From: an uncultured bacterium
GTDB taxonomy: Bacteria > Chloroflexota > UBA5177 > JANWHV01
Assembly (NCBI GenBank): GCA_963827235.1
Contig: CAWHAE010000018.1
Location: forward strand, 160,001 to 224,000
DNA length: 64,000 nucleotides
Direction of reading: 5' to 3'
Each line of letters starts with the position of its first letter. Positions within the stretch are counted from its first letter, which is position 1. Below the pieces are notes generated by a model that did not search any database, was not told where the DNA came from, and worked only from the letters and a program-made list of their open reading frames with translations. Of this stretch, positions 50,848 to 60,960 are shown piece by piece. The position numbers and the translations under genes were made by a program.

Positions 50848-53800
50848 ATGAACGAGTCGCGCTTCGACGTCTTCCTCTCCCACAATAGCCGAGACAAGCC
50901 GGCGGTCGAGCGTCTGGCCGTCAAGCTCAAGACCGCCGGGCTGGAGCCCTGGCTGGACGCCTGGTGTCTGACCCCCGGCGGCCGCTGGCAGGAGGAGTTG
51001 GTCGCTGGCCTGCGCGACTGCGCTGCCTGCGCCGTCTTCGTCGGACCTCACGGCCTGGGCGACTGGGTCCACGAGGAGCTGGGCGTCGCGCTCGACCGCG
51101 CGGCAAAGGACCGCTCTTTCCGCCTCTTCCTCGTCCTCCTTCCCGGCCTCGCCGAGCCGTTCGACGCCACCACTCTGCCGCCGTTCCTCAGCACACGCAC
51201 CTGGGTCGATCTGCGCCCGGGCATCGAGGATGGGCGGGCGTTCCAGCACCTGGTGAACGCGATCAAGGGCGTGCCCTTCGGCCAGCGAGTGCCCTCCGAG
51301 CCGAACACCGACGTGTGCCCCTACCGCGGCCTGCAGACCTTCGACGAGGAGCATGCCGGGAACTTCTTCGGCCGCGACAACGACGTGCAACGGCTCGTGG
51401 AGAAACTGAAGATCTCTCACTTCCTGGCAGTGCTGGGTCCCTCCGGCAGCGGAAAGTCGTCCCTGGTTCGCGCCGGGCTGATTCCCGCCCTCAGACGTGG
51501 CGCGCTGCCCGGCAGCGACGACTGGCCGCTGTGCGTCTTCGCGCCCGGCGCCTATCCGCTTACCGCCCTGGTCGCCCAGGTCTCGCGTCTTTTCGAGCAC
51601 ACGTCGATGCACCGCACGCTGGACGAGATGGACGCCGACGCACGGACGCTGCACCTGTCGGCCGCGCTGGCCCTGAGCGACCGCCCTGCCGGTACTCGGG
51701 TCGTGCTGCTGGTCGACCAATTCGAGGAGATCTTCTCGCTGTGTACCGACGAGCGCGAGCGCGCACAGTTCCTTGCCAATCTGCTCTATGCAGCGTCCGT
51801 GCCGGACGGACGCTGCATCGTGCTCGTCACGCTGCGCGCCGACTTCTATCCGAAGTGCTCGGCCTACCCGGATCTCTCGGCGCGTATCTCGGCGCAGCAG
51901 TTCCTGGTCAGCCCGCTGGAGCCCGACGGCCTGCGCCGCGTGATCGAGGAGCCGGCCTGGCACGCCGGCCTGGAGTTTGAGCAGGGCCTCGTCGACACTA
52001 TCCTGGCAGACGTGGCCCGCCAGCCGGGTGCCCTTCCCCTGCTGGAGCACGCGCTGCTCGAGCTGTGGGAGCGCCGGCTCGGGCGCATGCTGACTCTCGA
52101 AGGCTACAGGCAGAGCGGCGGCGTGCAAGGTGCGATCGCCAAGCGTGCCGATACCATCTTCGGCTCGTTCACTCCCGATCAACAAGCCGTCGCACGGCGG
52201 ACCCTGCTGCGCCTGACCCAACCCGGCGAGGGCACCGAGGACACCCGGCGTCGCGCCGCGCTCGACGAGCTGGTGACGCGTACGCAAACAGGTGCCTCCG
52301 TGGATACCGTGATCCAGGCCATGGTGGAGGCTCGCCTGCTCACCACCAGCGAAGACGAGCCCACGCACCGGCACATGGTCGAAGTCTCGCACGAGGCGCT
52401 CATACGCGGCTGGCCGCAACTGCGTTCTTGGATCGAGGAAGACCGCAACGGGCTCAGAGTGCAGCGGCATCTGACCGAAGCGGCACTCGAATGGGAGCGC
52501 CTGGAGCGAGACGACGGAGCACTCCACAGGGGCGCGCGCCTGGCAACCGCGTTGGAGTGGCGGGCGCAGCACGAGGACAGCCTCAACGAACTGGAGCGCG
52601 CCTTCCTGGATGCCGGCCTGAGCTTGAAGGAGCGCGAGGAGGCGGCGGAGCGCGAGCGGCAGCGGCGCGATCTGGAGGCTGCACAACGCCTTGCCGCTTC
52701 GGAAAGCCGGCGCGCCCGCGTGGCACGGTTGTTCTCGCTGGGGCTGGCCGTCGTCGTCGTGTGCGCACTCGTCGCCGCCCTCGTGGCCATCCAGCAACGC
52801 AGCGACGCGCGGAACGCCCAGCAGCGAGCCACGACGGCGCAGCTACTGGCCGAGCAGCAGCGGAACCAGGCGCAGGCAGCCAGAAACGTGGCCCTGTCGC
52901 GCGAGCTGGCCGCAGATTCGCTGGCTCAGCTCAACGTCGACCCACAGCTCAGCCTGCTGCTGGCAAGTGCCGCGGAGCGAACGGCCGCTACCGCCGAAGC
53001 TACCGACGCCCTGCGGCTCGCGATTGGGCAGCCGTATCCGCGCGAGGTGCTACGCGGGCACGCTGCCGCCATCCGGCAGGCCGTGTACAGCTCTGATGGG
53101 CGCTACGTGGCGACTGCTGCCGACGATCACACTGCCCGCCTGTTCGATGCACAAACGGGTGCCGTCCTGGAGGTGCTGCGCGGCCACGGCGCGGCCGTGA
53201 CCGCAGTGGCCTTCAACCACGGAGGCACCGAGCTGGCTACCACCAGCGCCGACCATACCGCGAGGCTGTGGGCCGTACCGTCCGGCCGCCTGATCGCCGT
53301 GCTGCGCGGCGATACCGACGAGGTCGTGTCGGCCGCCTTCAGCCCGGACGACCGTGCCCTGGTCACGGCGAGCAGCGACGACACGGCACGCGTTTGGGAT
53401 GCGCGGACCGGCGCGCTGCTGCACCTGTTGTCCGGGCATACCGATCAGCTCTGGACGGCGGTCTATAGTCCCAATGGCCGGTACATCGCCACGGCCAGCG
53501 ACGACACGACCGCGCGCCTCTGGGACGCTGCCACCGGTCGTCTCGTGAGCACGCTCGCCGGGCACACGGACGACGTGGACGACGTGACCTTCAGCCCCGA
53601 CGGCAAGTACCTGGCGACCGCGAGCTGGGACAAGACGGCCCGCGTGTGGGCGGTGCCGGGCGGCCGGCCCGTCGCCATCCTCAAAGGCGCTATCAGCGAC
53701 GTCAACTCCGTGGCATTCAGCCCGGATGGCGTCGACGTGCTTACCGCCGGCCAGGACGGCGCGGCACGCGTCTACGATGCCAGGTCGGGCAGTATCGTGG

Positions 53801-55047
53801 CCTACCTCTCGAGCGGCGGCACGACCGAGCTGTCCAGCGCGCAGTATAGCCACGACGGCGGCTACATCATCACGGCCGGTGTCGATGGAGTAGCTCGCAT
53901 CTTCAGCACGGAAGGCGGATTCGCGCTGGCCTATCTGCGCGCGCCTACCGGGTCCGTCAACTCCGCGGTGTTCAGTCCCGACGACAGCTCCGTGCTCACG
54001 GCCAACGACGACGGGAACGCACGCATCTGGGACGTGGGTGCCGGACGGCTGCTGGCACATGCCCCGGCCGGAGTGGTGATCTTTTCCATCGCATCCAGCC
54101 CGGACGGCCGGCAGATCGCGGTCGCGGCGAGCGATGGCTTGGCCCGCGTGGTCGACGCGCAGAGCGGACGAGTGCTCGAGATACTGCACGGCCAGCGGGG
54201 AGCCCTGTACTCCGTGGCATTCAGCCCCGACGGCAGAATGCTGGCCACATCGGGCGCGGACGGCTCGACCTGGATCTGGAGCGCGGCCACCTGGCGCGTC
54301 GTCCGGGTGCTCGCCGGCCAAGGCAACGCCTACCACGCGAGCTTCAGCCCGGATTCCCGCCTCCTCTCCGTGGTGCGCGACAACGGCGTGGTGGCTGTCT
54401 GGGACGCGCGGAGCTGGCAGCAAGTCGCCATGGTGCGAGCCGACGGCGGCCAGACATCCAACGGACCGTTCGTCGTCTACGCTCAGGCATTCAGCCCGGA
54501 CGGGGCGTACCTCGCCCTGGCCGCCAACTGCGATCAAAACCTGGATTACGTCGTCCAGGTATGGTCGACTCGGACCTGGCGGATGGTGAGAACGCTGCCC
54601 TCCGGCTCCTGGTTCGTGGAGGACGTCGCTTTCAGTCCCGATGGTAAGTACCTGGCCAGTGCCGGCGCCGACAGCCGCATCCGCGTGTGGAGCTCCCATT
54701 CCTGGGCACCACTCTACACGCTGCTGGGGCACTCATCTGCCGTGTGGAGCACGGCATTCAGTCCCGACAGCCGCTGGCTCGTCTCGGCCAGCGCCGACGA
54801 CACGCTGCGCGTGTGGTCCGTCGACCGGTGGCGCGACGTCGCCGTGCTCTACGGGCACCAGGGCATCGGGCTGAGCGCCCGCTTCAGCCAGAACGGCACG
54901 GACATCATCTCCAGCGGCCGGGACGGCGCCGTGCGCATCCGCGCCTGCGACGTCTGCGTCCCGGCGGACAGGCTACTCCGGGTCGCTGCGCTGCACACGA
55001 CACGAGCGCTGAGCGAAGGCGAGCGGCGGCAGTACCTGCACGAGTAG
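50848..55047 (+). CDS. TIR - nSTAND1-type P-loop NTPase - TM - WD40 repeat protein (NLR-like)
   Basis: TIR 'FDVFLSHNSRDK...WVHEEL'; 'CPYRGL..F..FFGR', Walker A GPSGSGKSS, 'VDQFEE', 'LPLLEHAL', 'HEAL'; 15 WD40 repeats counted. Confidence 0.92.
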   Translation: MNESRFDVFLSHNSRDKPAVERLAVKLKTAGLEPWLDAWCLTPGGRWQEELVAGLRDCAACAVFVGPHGLGDWVHEELGVALDRAAKDRSFRLFLVLLPGLAEPFDATTLPPFLSTRTWVDLRPGIEDGRAFQHLVNAIKGVPFGQRVPSEPNTDVCPYRGLQTFDEEHAGNFFGRDNDVQRLVEKLKISHFLAVLGPSGSGKSSLVRAGLIPALRRGALPGSDDWPLCVFAPGAYPLTALVAQVSRLFEHTSMHRTLDEMDADARTLHLSAALALSDRPAGTRVVLLVDQFEEIFSLCTDERERAQFLANLLYAASVPDGRCIVLVTLRADFYPKCSAYPDLSARISAQQFLVSPLEPDGLRRVIEEPAWHAGLEFEQGLVDTILADVARQPGALPLLEHALLELWERRLGRMLTLEGYRQSGGVQGAIAKRADTIFGSFTPDQQAVARRTLLRLTQPGEGTEDTRRRAALDELVTRTQTGASVDTVIQAMVEARLLTTSEDEPTHRHMVEVSHEALIRGWPQLRSWIEEDRNGLRVQRHLTEAALEWERLERDDGALHRGARLATALEWRAQHEDSLNELERAFLDAGLSLKEREEAAERERQRRDLEAAQRLAASESRRARVARLFSLGLAVVVVCALVAALVAIQQRSDARNAQQRATTAQLLAEQQRNQAQAARNVALSRELAADSLAQLNVDPQLSLLLASAAERTAATAEATDALRLAIGQPYPREVLRGHAAAIRQAVYSSDGRYVATAADDHTARLFDAQTGAVLEVLRGHGAAVTAVAFNHGGTELATTSADHTARLWAVPSGRLIAVLRGDTDEVVSAAFSPDDRALVTASSDDTARVWDARTGALLHLLSGHTDQLWTAVYSPNGRYIATASDDTTARLWDAATGRLVSTLAGHTDDVDDVTFSPDGKYLATASWDKTARVWAVPGGRPVAILKGAISDVNSVAFSPDGVDVLTAGQDGAARVYDARSGSIVAYLSSGGTTELSSAQYSHDGGYIITAGVDGVARIFSTEGGFALAYLRAPTGSVNSAVFSPDDSSVLTANDDGNARIWDVGAGRLLAHAPAGVVIFSIASSPDGRQIAVAASDGLARVVDAQSGRVLEILHGQRGALYSVAFSPDGRMLATSGADGSTWIWSAATWRVVRVLAGQGNAYHASFSPDSRLLSVVRDNGVVAVWDARSWQQVAMVRADGGQTSNGPFVVYAQAFSPDGAYLALAANCDQNLDYVVQVWSTRTWRMVRTLPSGSWFVEDVAFSPDGKYLASAGADSRIRVWSSHSWAPLYTLLGHSSAVWSTAFSPDSRWLVSASADDTLRVWSVDRWRDVAVLYGHQGIGLSARFSQNGTDIISSGRDGAVRIRACDVCVPADRLLRVAALHTTRALSEGERRQYLHE

Positions 55048-55053
55048 CTCAGC

Positions 55054-58000
55054 TCACGGCGATACCAGCCCAGGCTCCAGCTCCGCGGCCGCGCCGTGCC
55101 CGTTGACCTGGGTAAGTGGGCGAGCGGCGAGGTACCGGTAGAGAGCCAGGCGCGCCTCAACGTCCTCTTCGGCCTCCGCCAGGCAGCGCCTGGCTTGCTC
55201 GGGATCGGCATGCGCTAGCAGCTTGAAGCGATTCTCCGCGTACATGTATTGCTTTAGCGAGATCTTGGGCGCCCTCGAGTCGAGGAGCAAGGGGTTGCCA
55301 CCGGCCCTGGCTAGTTCCGGATTGTAACGGTAGAGCAGCCATTGCCCGGACTCCACGGCCGCCTTCTGCTGCTGCATGCCCAGGCCCATGTCCGCGATGC
55401 CGTGCGCGATGCAGTGGGCGTAGGCGATGATCAGGGCAGGGCCGTCGTATGCCTCGGCCTCGATGAACGACTTCAGCGTATGCTCGTCCCGTCCGCCCAT
55501 GGCGACGCTGGCCACGTAGACGTTGCCGTAGGTCATGGCCATCAGGCCGAGGTCCTTCTTTCGTCCCTGTTTCCCACCCGAGGCGAACTTCGCCACCGCC
55601 CCAAGCGGCGTCGCCTTCGAGCGCTGGCCGCCCGTGTTAGAGTACACCTCCGTGTCCAGCACCAAAACTTTGACGTTCTCGCCGCTGGCCAGCACGTGAT
55701 CGAGGCCGCCGTAGCCGATGTCGTACGCCCAACCGTCGCCGCCCACGATCCATACGCTCCGCCTGACCAGCATGTCGGAGACATCCAGCAGGTGCCGCGC
55801 CTCCGGCTCGTCGAGGCCGGCCAAGCACGCCTTGAGCGTCGCGACGCGCGCTCTCTGCGCCGCAATTGCCGTTTCGTCTCGCTGGTCCGCCTCCAGGATG
55901 CCCCCTGCCAGGCCTTCCCCGACCGCGGGCGCCAGCCGGCGGAGCAGCTGCTCGGCGAGCTGTCGCTGCTTATCGATCGCCACGCGGAAGCCCAGACCGA
56001 ACTCGGCGTTGTCTTCGAACAGCGAGTTTGCCCAGGCCGGTCCGCGCCCGGCAGCGTCGGTCGTCCACGGCGACGTGGGCAGGTTACCGCCGAATACCGA
56101 CGAGCAACCGGAGGCATTCGCGATCAGCAGGCGATCGCCGAACAGCTGCGTGAGCAGCTTGACGTAGGGCGTCTCTCCGCAACCGGCGCAGGCGCCGGAG
56201 AACTCGAACAGCGGCTGCTGCAGCTGCTGCTGGCGAATGTTCGTATTGGTGATTTGCAGCCGATCTGCTTCCGGGAGCTGCTCGAAGAACTGCCAGTTCT
56301 CCCGCTCCAGGGTGCGCAGCGGCGGGTACGGCTGCAGGTGCAGAGCCTTGAGCGAGGTCTCGGATTTGCTCCTGGCCGGGCAGACGTCGACGCAAACGCC
56401 GCACCCGTTGCAGTCCTCGGGTGCCACCTGAATGGTGTACCGCCGGCCCTGGAATGCCTTGTCGTGGAAGTCCATGCTCCTGAACGTGACCGGAGCATCG
56501 GCAAGCATGGCAGGAGCGTATGCCTTGGCGCGAATGGCGGCGTGCGGGCACACCATGGCGCACTTGCCGCACTGGATACAAATGGCGGGCTCCCAGACGG
56601 GTATCTCCAGCGCCAGGCTGCGCTTTTCCCATTTGGCAGTGCCGACCGGGTACGTGCCGTCCAGCGGCAGCCGGCTGACCGGCAACGCATCGCCGCGCCC
56701 GGCGATCATCTCGCCAAGCACCTCGCGCACGAAGCGTGGCGCCCCGGCGGGCACCGGTTCCCCGTCCTCGGCGACCTTGCCCACGGAGAGCGGCACCTGT
56801 ACGGCATGCAGGCCGGCCAGCGTGGCGTCGACGCAGGCCAGGTCCATCTTGACGATGTCGTCGCCTTGCCGGCTGTAAGTCTTCACCACCGACCGCTTGA
56901 TGGCCTCGATCGCCTGCTCGCGCGGGAGCAGACCGGAAAGAGCGAAGAAGCAGGTCTGCATCACGACGTTGATGCGACCGTGCAAGCCGGCGCTGCGTGC
57001 AATCGCCACCGCGTCGATCGCGTAGAACTTCAGCTTCTTCCGCACCAGCGTCTCTTGCACGCGATGCGGCAGGTGCTGCCAGATGGTATCAGGCCCATGG
57101 GGTGAGTTCAGCAGGAACGTACCCCCCGGCACGATCTGCCCCAGCAGCTCGTGCCGCTCCAGGAAGGCCGGCTGATGGCACGCCACGAAATCGGCTCGAT
57201 CGATCAGGTAGGTCGACCGGATGGGCGCGTTGCCGACGCGCAGGTGTGAGACTGTGAGCGTGCCCGATTTCTTTGGATCGTAGACGAAGTAGCCCTGCGC
57301 GAACTGGCTCGACTCCGCGCCCACGATCTTGATCGAGCTCTTGTTGGCGCTCACCGTGCCGTCGGAGCCCAGGCCGAAGAACAGGGCGCGCATGACGCCT
57401 TCGGGCTCGACCGAAAAGCGCGTGTCGTATGGCAGGCTGGTGCCGGTGACGTCGTCGTCGATGCCCACCGTGAAGTGGTTCTTCGGGTCCGAGTGGGCAA
57501 GGTTGTCGAATACCGCCTTCACCATGGCCGGAGTGAACTCCTTGGAGCCCAGGCCGTAGCGGCCTCCGACTACGACCGGCACGCCCACCCGTGTGCTCCA
57601 TGCGCAGCCCAGGCTCTCGTGCAGTGCCGCCACGCAATCCAGATACAGCGGCTCGCCGGCCGCGCCCGGCTCCTTGGTGCGATCGAGAACGCCGACCGCT
57701 CGAGTCGTGGCCGGAAGCGCCTCCACGAAGCGCCGGCAGTCGAACGGGCGATAGAGGTGGACGCGAACCATGCCGACCTTCTCCCCGCGCGCCACGAGGT
57801 ACTCGACGGTCTCCTGTGCCGCCTCGGCGCCCGATCCCATCAGCACGATCACCCGCTCGGCATCGCATGCGCCGGTGTAGTCGAACAGGCCGTACTGCCG
57901 GCCCGTCAGCGCAGCGAAACGATCCATCGCGCCCTGCACGAGGCCCGGAGCACGCGCGAAGCAGGCATTTGCCGCCTCTCGACTCTGGAAATAGACGTCT

Positions 58001-58665
58001 GGGTTTTGCACGGTGCCGCGCACCACGGGATGGTCCGGCGAAAGCGCCCGCCGGCGGTGTTCGAGCACCTGGGCATCGTCGATCATCGCATCCAAGTGTG
58101 CGGCCTCCAGCGGCACGATGGTATTCACCTCGTGCGAGGTCCTGAAGCCATCCATGAAATGAAGGAACGGTATGCGGGATTCCAGCGTGGCGGCGTGAGC
58201 GATCAGCGCCAGATCCTGCGCTTCCTGGACCGAGCCCGAGCTCAGCATCGCCCAGCCGGTCGAGCGGGTAGACATGACGTCCCCGTGATCGCAAAACATG
58301 GTGATCGCGTGCGTGGCCACGGAGCGGGCGGCGACGTGGACGACCGCCGGCAGCAGCTCGCCGGCTATCTTGAACATGTTGGGGATCATCAGCAGGAGTC
58401 CCTGCGAGGACGTGAAGCTGGTGGCAAGCGCACCCGTCTGTAGCGCGCCGTGTAGTGCCCCCGCCACGCCGCCCTCGCTCTGCATCTCCAGCACCGACGG
58501 CACTACGCCCCACAGGTTTGCCAGGCCTTTGGCCGCCTGCTCGTCCGCCCACTCGCCCATGGGTGAGGCCGGCGTGATGGGATAGATAGCTATCACGTCG
58601 CTCAACCTGTACGCCACGTTCGCGATCGCTTCGTTGCCATCCAGGGGTACCACGCGCGCCTTCAT
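55054..58665 (-). CDS. nifJ: Pyruvate:ferredoxin (flavodoxin) oxidoreductase
   Basis: 'YPITPAS', 'EMQSEGG', 'GLGSDGTV', two ferredoxin motifs (CIQCGKC..CP; CNGCGVC..CP), 'ACAGCGE', 'GGDGWAYDIG'. Confidence 0.97.
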   Translation of the reverse strand: MKARVVPLDGNEAIANVAYRLSDVIAIYPITPASPMGEWADEQAAKGLANLWGVVPSVLEMQSEGGVAGALHGALQTGALATSFTSSQGLLLMIPNMFKIAGELLPAVVHVAARSVATHAITMFCDHGDVMSTRSTGWAMLSSGSVQEAQDLALIAHAATLESRIPFLHFMDGFRTSHEVNTIVPLEAAHLDAMIDDAQVLEHRRRALSPDHPVVRGTVQNPDVYFQSREAANACFARAPGLVQGAMDRFAALTGRQYGLFDYTGACDAERVIVLMGSGAEAAQETVEYLVARGEKVGMVRVHLYRPFDCRRFVEALPATTRAVGVLDRTKEPGAAGEPLYLDCVAALHESLGCAWSTRVGVPVVVGGRYGLGSKEFTPAMVKAVFDNLAHSDPKNHFTVGIDDDVTGTSLPYDTRFSVEPEGVMRALFFGLGSDGTVSANKSSIKIVGAESSQFAQGYFVYDPKKSGTLTVSHLRVGNAPIRSTYLIDRADFVACHQPAFLERHELLGQIVPGGTFLLNSPHGPDTIWQHLPHRVQETLVRKKLKFYAIDAVAIARSAGLHGRINVVMQTCFFALSGLLPREQAIEAIKRSVVKTYSRQGDDIVKMDLACVDATLAGLHAVQVPLSVGKVAEDGEPVPAGAPRFVREVLGEMIAGRGDALPVSRLPLDGTYPVGTAKWEKRSLALEIPVWEPAICIQCGKCAMVCPHAAIRAKAYAPAMLADAPVTFRSMDFHDKAFQGRRYTIQVAPEDCNGCGVCVDVCPARSKSETSLKALHLQPYPPLRTLERENWQFFEQLPEADRLQITNTNIRQQQLQQPLFEFSGACAGCGETPYVKLLTQLFGDRLLIANASGCSSVFGGNLPTSPWTTDAAGRGPAWANSLFEDNAEFGLGFRVAIDKQRQLAEQLLRRLAPAVGEGLAGGILEADQRDETAIAAQRARVATLKACLAGLDEPEARHLLDVSDMLVRRSVWIVGGDGWAYDIGYGGLDHVLASGENVKVLVLDTEVYSNTGGQRSKATPLGAVAKFASGGKQGRKKDLGLMAMTYGNVYVASVAMGGRDEHTLKSFIEAEAYDGPALIIAYAHCIAHGIADMGLGMQQQKAAVESGQWLLYRYNPELARAGGNPLLLDSRAPKISLKQYMYAENRFKLLAHADPEQARRCLAEAEEDVEARLALYRYLAARPLTQVNGHGAAAELEPGLVSP

Positions 58666-58939
58666 TGGTTCGCCTCCCTTGGGCCATCACGGGCTCGATG
58701 TATCTCGACCGGCACCGCCATGCCTGTCTCCGTACGGACCCTGCTGCCCCGATCGTAGCACCGGCTTTGCCACGCTACCGTTGCGGAACGGGTCCATTTT
58801 GGGGACCAATAGTCAGCGTTACGTCGGGTAGCGTGCCTGCCCCGATCCGGGCGCTCCTCCGGCCACACGCCCCGATCTTCTGGGACGCCCGGCGTCCGCT
58901 CGAGCCCAGCTAGGGCCGATCGACTGAGCCGATCGCAGG

Positions 58940-58968
58940 TTGACACTGATCCAGCCCCGGCGTAGGAT
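58940..58968 (+). promoter_or_regulatory. Sigma70-type promoter upstream of GDH
   Basis: TTGACA, 17-bp spacer, TAGGAT. Confidence 0.75.
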
Positions 58969-59308
58969 GCGGATTGGTGGACTGTTTCCCGTGGTCCGTG
59001 CCGCGCCCGTGACGGCTGTGAGAGGAAAAGGGGGTAGAGGCTCAGGTTTCGAGTTGGGAGCGTGCTTCCCATATCCTGGGAACGCTGCCGCGCGGGCACT
59101 CGGCGACGACATGCCGTGCCCGTGACCGGCGAGGCCTATGGCCGGAGTCGTCCAGTACTCCGGCGCCTCCGAACCGTGTGAGCGGCAGTCGATTCCGGAC
59201 CAAGCATCCTCGGTGTTGCGGATGATCGGCGCGCCCACAGAGTGGTGGGTGTCATCCTCGTGCGTGGGCGTGTGGCCCAGCGAGTTGCGCCTGGTTAGGA
59301 GTTTGCGC

Positions 59309-60598
59309 GTGGAAACGACGAGTGCCTGGGCGAAAGCCCTTCGACAGGTCCAGGACGCTGCTACCCTCACGACGGTGGACCCCCTCCTTCTCGCGTCGTT
59401 GATGGTGCCCGAGCGCACGGTCGAGGTATCGCTGCCGTTGCGCCGCGATTCCGGCGAGAATGTCGTCTTCTCCGGCTACCGTGTGCAGCACAACAACCTC
59501 CGCGGGCCGTACAAGGGCGGGCTGCGCTTCCATCAGAACGTCAGTATGGACGAGGTCAAGGCTCTCGCCCTGTGGATGACGATCAAGTGCGCGGTGATCG
59601 ACATTCCCATGGGCGGCGGCAAGGGCGGCATCGCCGTGGATCCCAAACAGCTCTCGCTGTCCGAGCTCGAGCAGCTCACCAGGCTATTCACCAGGCGGAT
59701 CGCCGACGTCATCGGCCCGCTGAAGGACGTTCCCGCGCCCGACGTGAACACGAACGCGCAGGTGATGGGCTGGATCAAGGACGAGTATGGCAAGCTCGTG
59801 GGCCGTCCCGCGCCGGCGGTGGTGACCGGCAAGGCCCTGGCCGACGGCGGCTCGGAGGGCCGGAACGAGGCCACTGCCCTCGGAGGCCTCTACGCCCTGC
59901 TCGCCTACATGAGATCGCGCCGTGAAGTGCCCGCCGGCATGACCGTGGCCGTGCAAGGCTACGGCAATGCCGGGCGCATTGCCGCCAGGCTGCTCGCCGA
60001 GCAGGGCTGCCGCGTGGTCGCGGTATCCGATTCGCGCGGCGGTTGCTACTATCCTGTCGGCATCCCTGACATGGCCGCCGTCGAGCACGTCAAGGACACG
60101 GCGGGAACGGTCAGGGGCGCAATCGGACAGGAAATCAACTCCGACGACGTGCTGACGCTGCCGGTCGACCTCCTTGTCCCCGCTGCCCTTGAGGATTGCC
60201 TGACGGGCGAGATTGCCGAGAACGTCAAGGCGAGCATCGTGCTCGAACTGGCAAACGGCCCGACGACGCTGGACGCGGACGCCATTCTGAGGCGCAAAGG
60301 CGTGGCGGTGCTGCCCGACGTGCTGGCCAATGCCGGCGGCGTGGCGGTCAGCTACTTCGAGTGGTATCAGAATCTCCACGACGAGCGCTGGACCGCCGAA
60401 GAGGTGCACGACAAGCTGCGCGAAAAGATGGACGCGGCGGTGGCACGGGTGATGCACACGTGCGAAAGCTACCACCCCAGCCTCAGGCAGGCAGCCTACG
60501 TGGTAGCGCTCGACAGCCTGCAGGCCCGCTGGGCATCTCAGACGAGCCGGCAGGCGCCTTCTGAAGCGCGCGACGCGATGCTGGCCGGGGTGCGCTGA
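59309..60598 (+). CDS. gdhA: Glu/Leu/Phe/Val dehydrogenase (glutamate dehydrogenase)
   Basis: 'GYRVQHNNLRGPYKGG', 'GGGKGG', 'DVPAPDVNT', 'QGYGNAG', 'ANAGGVAVSYFEW'; AGGAG RBS before GTG 59309. Confidence 0.93.
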   Translation: METTSAWAKALRQVQDAATLTTVDPLLLASLMVPERTVEVSLPLRRDSGENVVFSGYRVQHNNLRGPYKGGLRFHQNVSMDEVKALALWMTIKCAVIDIPMGGGKGGIAVDPKQLSLSELEQLTRLFTRRIADVIGPLKDVPAPDVNTNAQVMGWIKDEYGKLVGRPAPAVVTGKALADGGSEGRNEATALGGLYALLAYMRSRREVPAGMTVAVQGYGNAGRIAARLLAEQGCRVVAVSDSRGGCYYPVGIPDMAAVEHVKDTAGTVRGAIGQEINSDDVLTLPVDLLVPAALEDCLTGEIAENVKASIVLELANGPTTLDADAILRRKGVAVLPDVLANAGGVAVSYFEWYQNLHDERWTAEEVHDKLREKMDAAVARVMHTCESYHPSLRQAAYVVALDSLQARWASQTSRQAPSEARDAMLAGVR

Positions 60599-60730
60599 CC
60601 ACGTTGCCGCTGGCACGCCGGACAACCGTGCCTCCCTGCCTAGTCGGCCGGCGCAGGGTCCTACACCTATAGCGTGACAGACAGGTGGTCGGGTACTCGG
60701 AATGCCGGTAGCTCCACGAGGGCGATCCAC

Positions 60731-60767
60731 AGACGGGCGAAGGACTGCAGTCCTTCGCCCGTCTTTC
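60731..60767 (+). terminator. Perfect 34-bp palindrome followed by a short T-run (likely intrinsic terminator)
   Basis: AGACGGGCGAAGGACTG|CAGTCCTTCGCCCGTCT then TTC. Confidence 0.7.
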
Positions 60768-60960
60768 GTCATGTCTCTGTACTCGCCCCGCCCGATCAGG
60801 CTGCCGCACACCCGGTGCCCGAGTCCGGCGCTGCCGGTCGGGGCGTCGCCCCCCACCGATCAGTCCGCACTGTAACTCCATCCGTATATACGGGTGCGGA
60901 CGTGTGCAATGTGCTTCAGGTCGACGCCTGCGCTGCGATCTTGGGCTCGTGGAGGACACT

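Noticed and set aside
53040-54950. Recurrent 'TTCAGCCCGGACGG'-like DNA repeats
   Set aside because: Explained by WD40 'FSPDG' coding repeats; not near-identical, and no reverse transcriptase to suggest a DGR
58795-58930. DosR/DevR-like boxes (GGGACCAATAGTC; TAGGGCCGATCGAC) between PFOR and GDH
   Set aside because: Only half-sites match and spacing deviates; not supportable without a PWM scan
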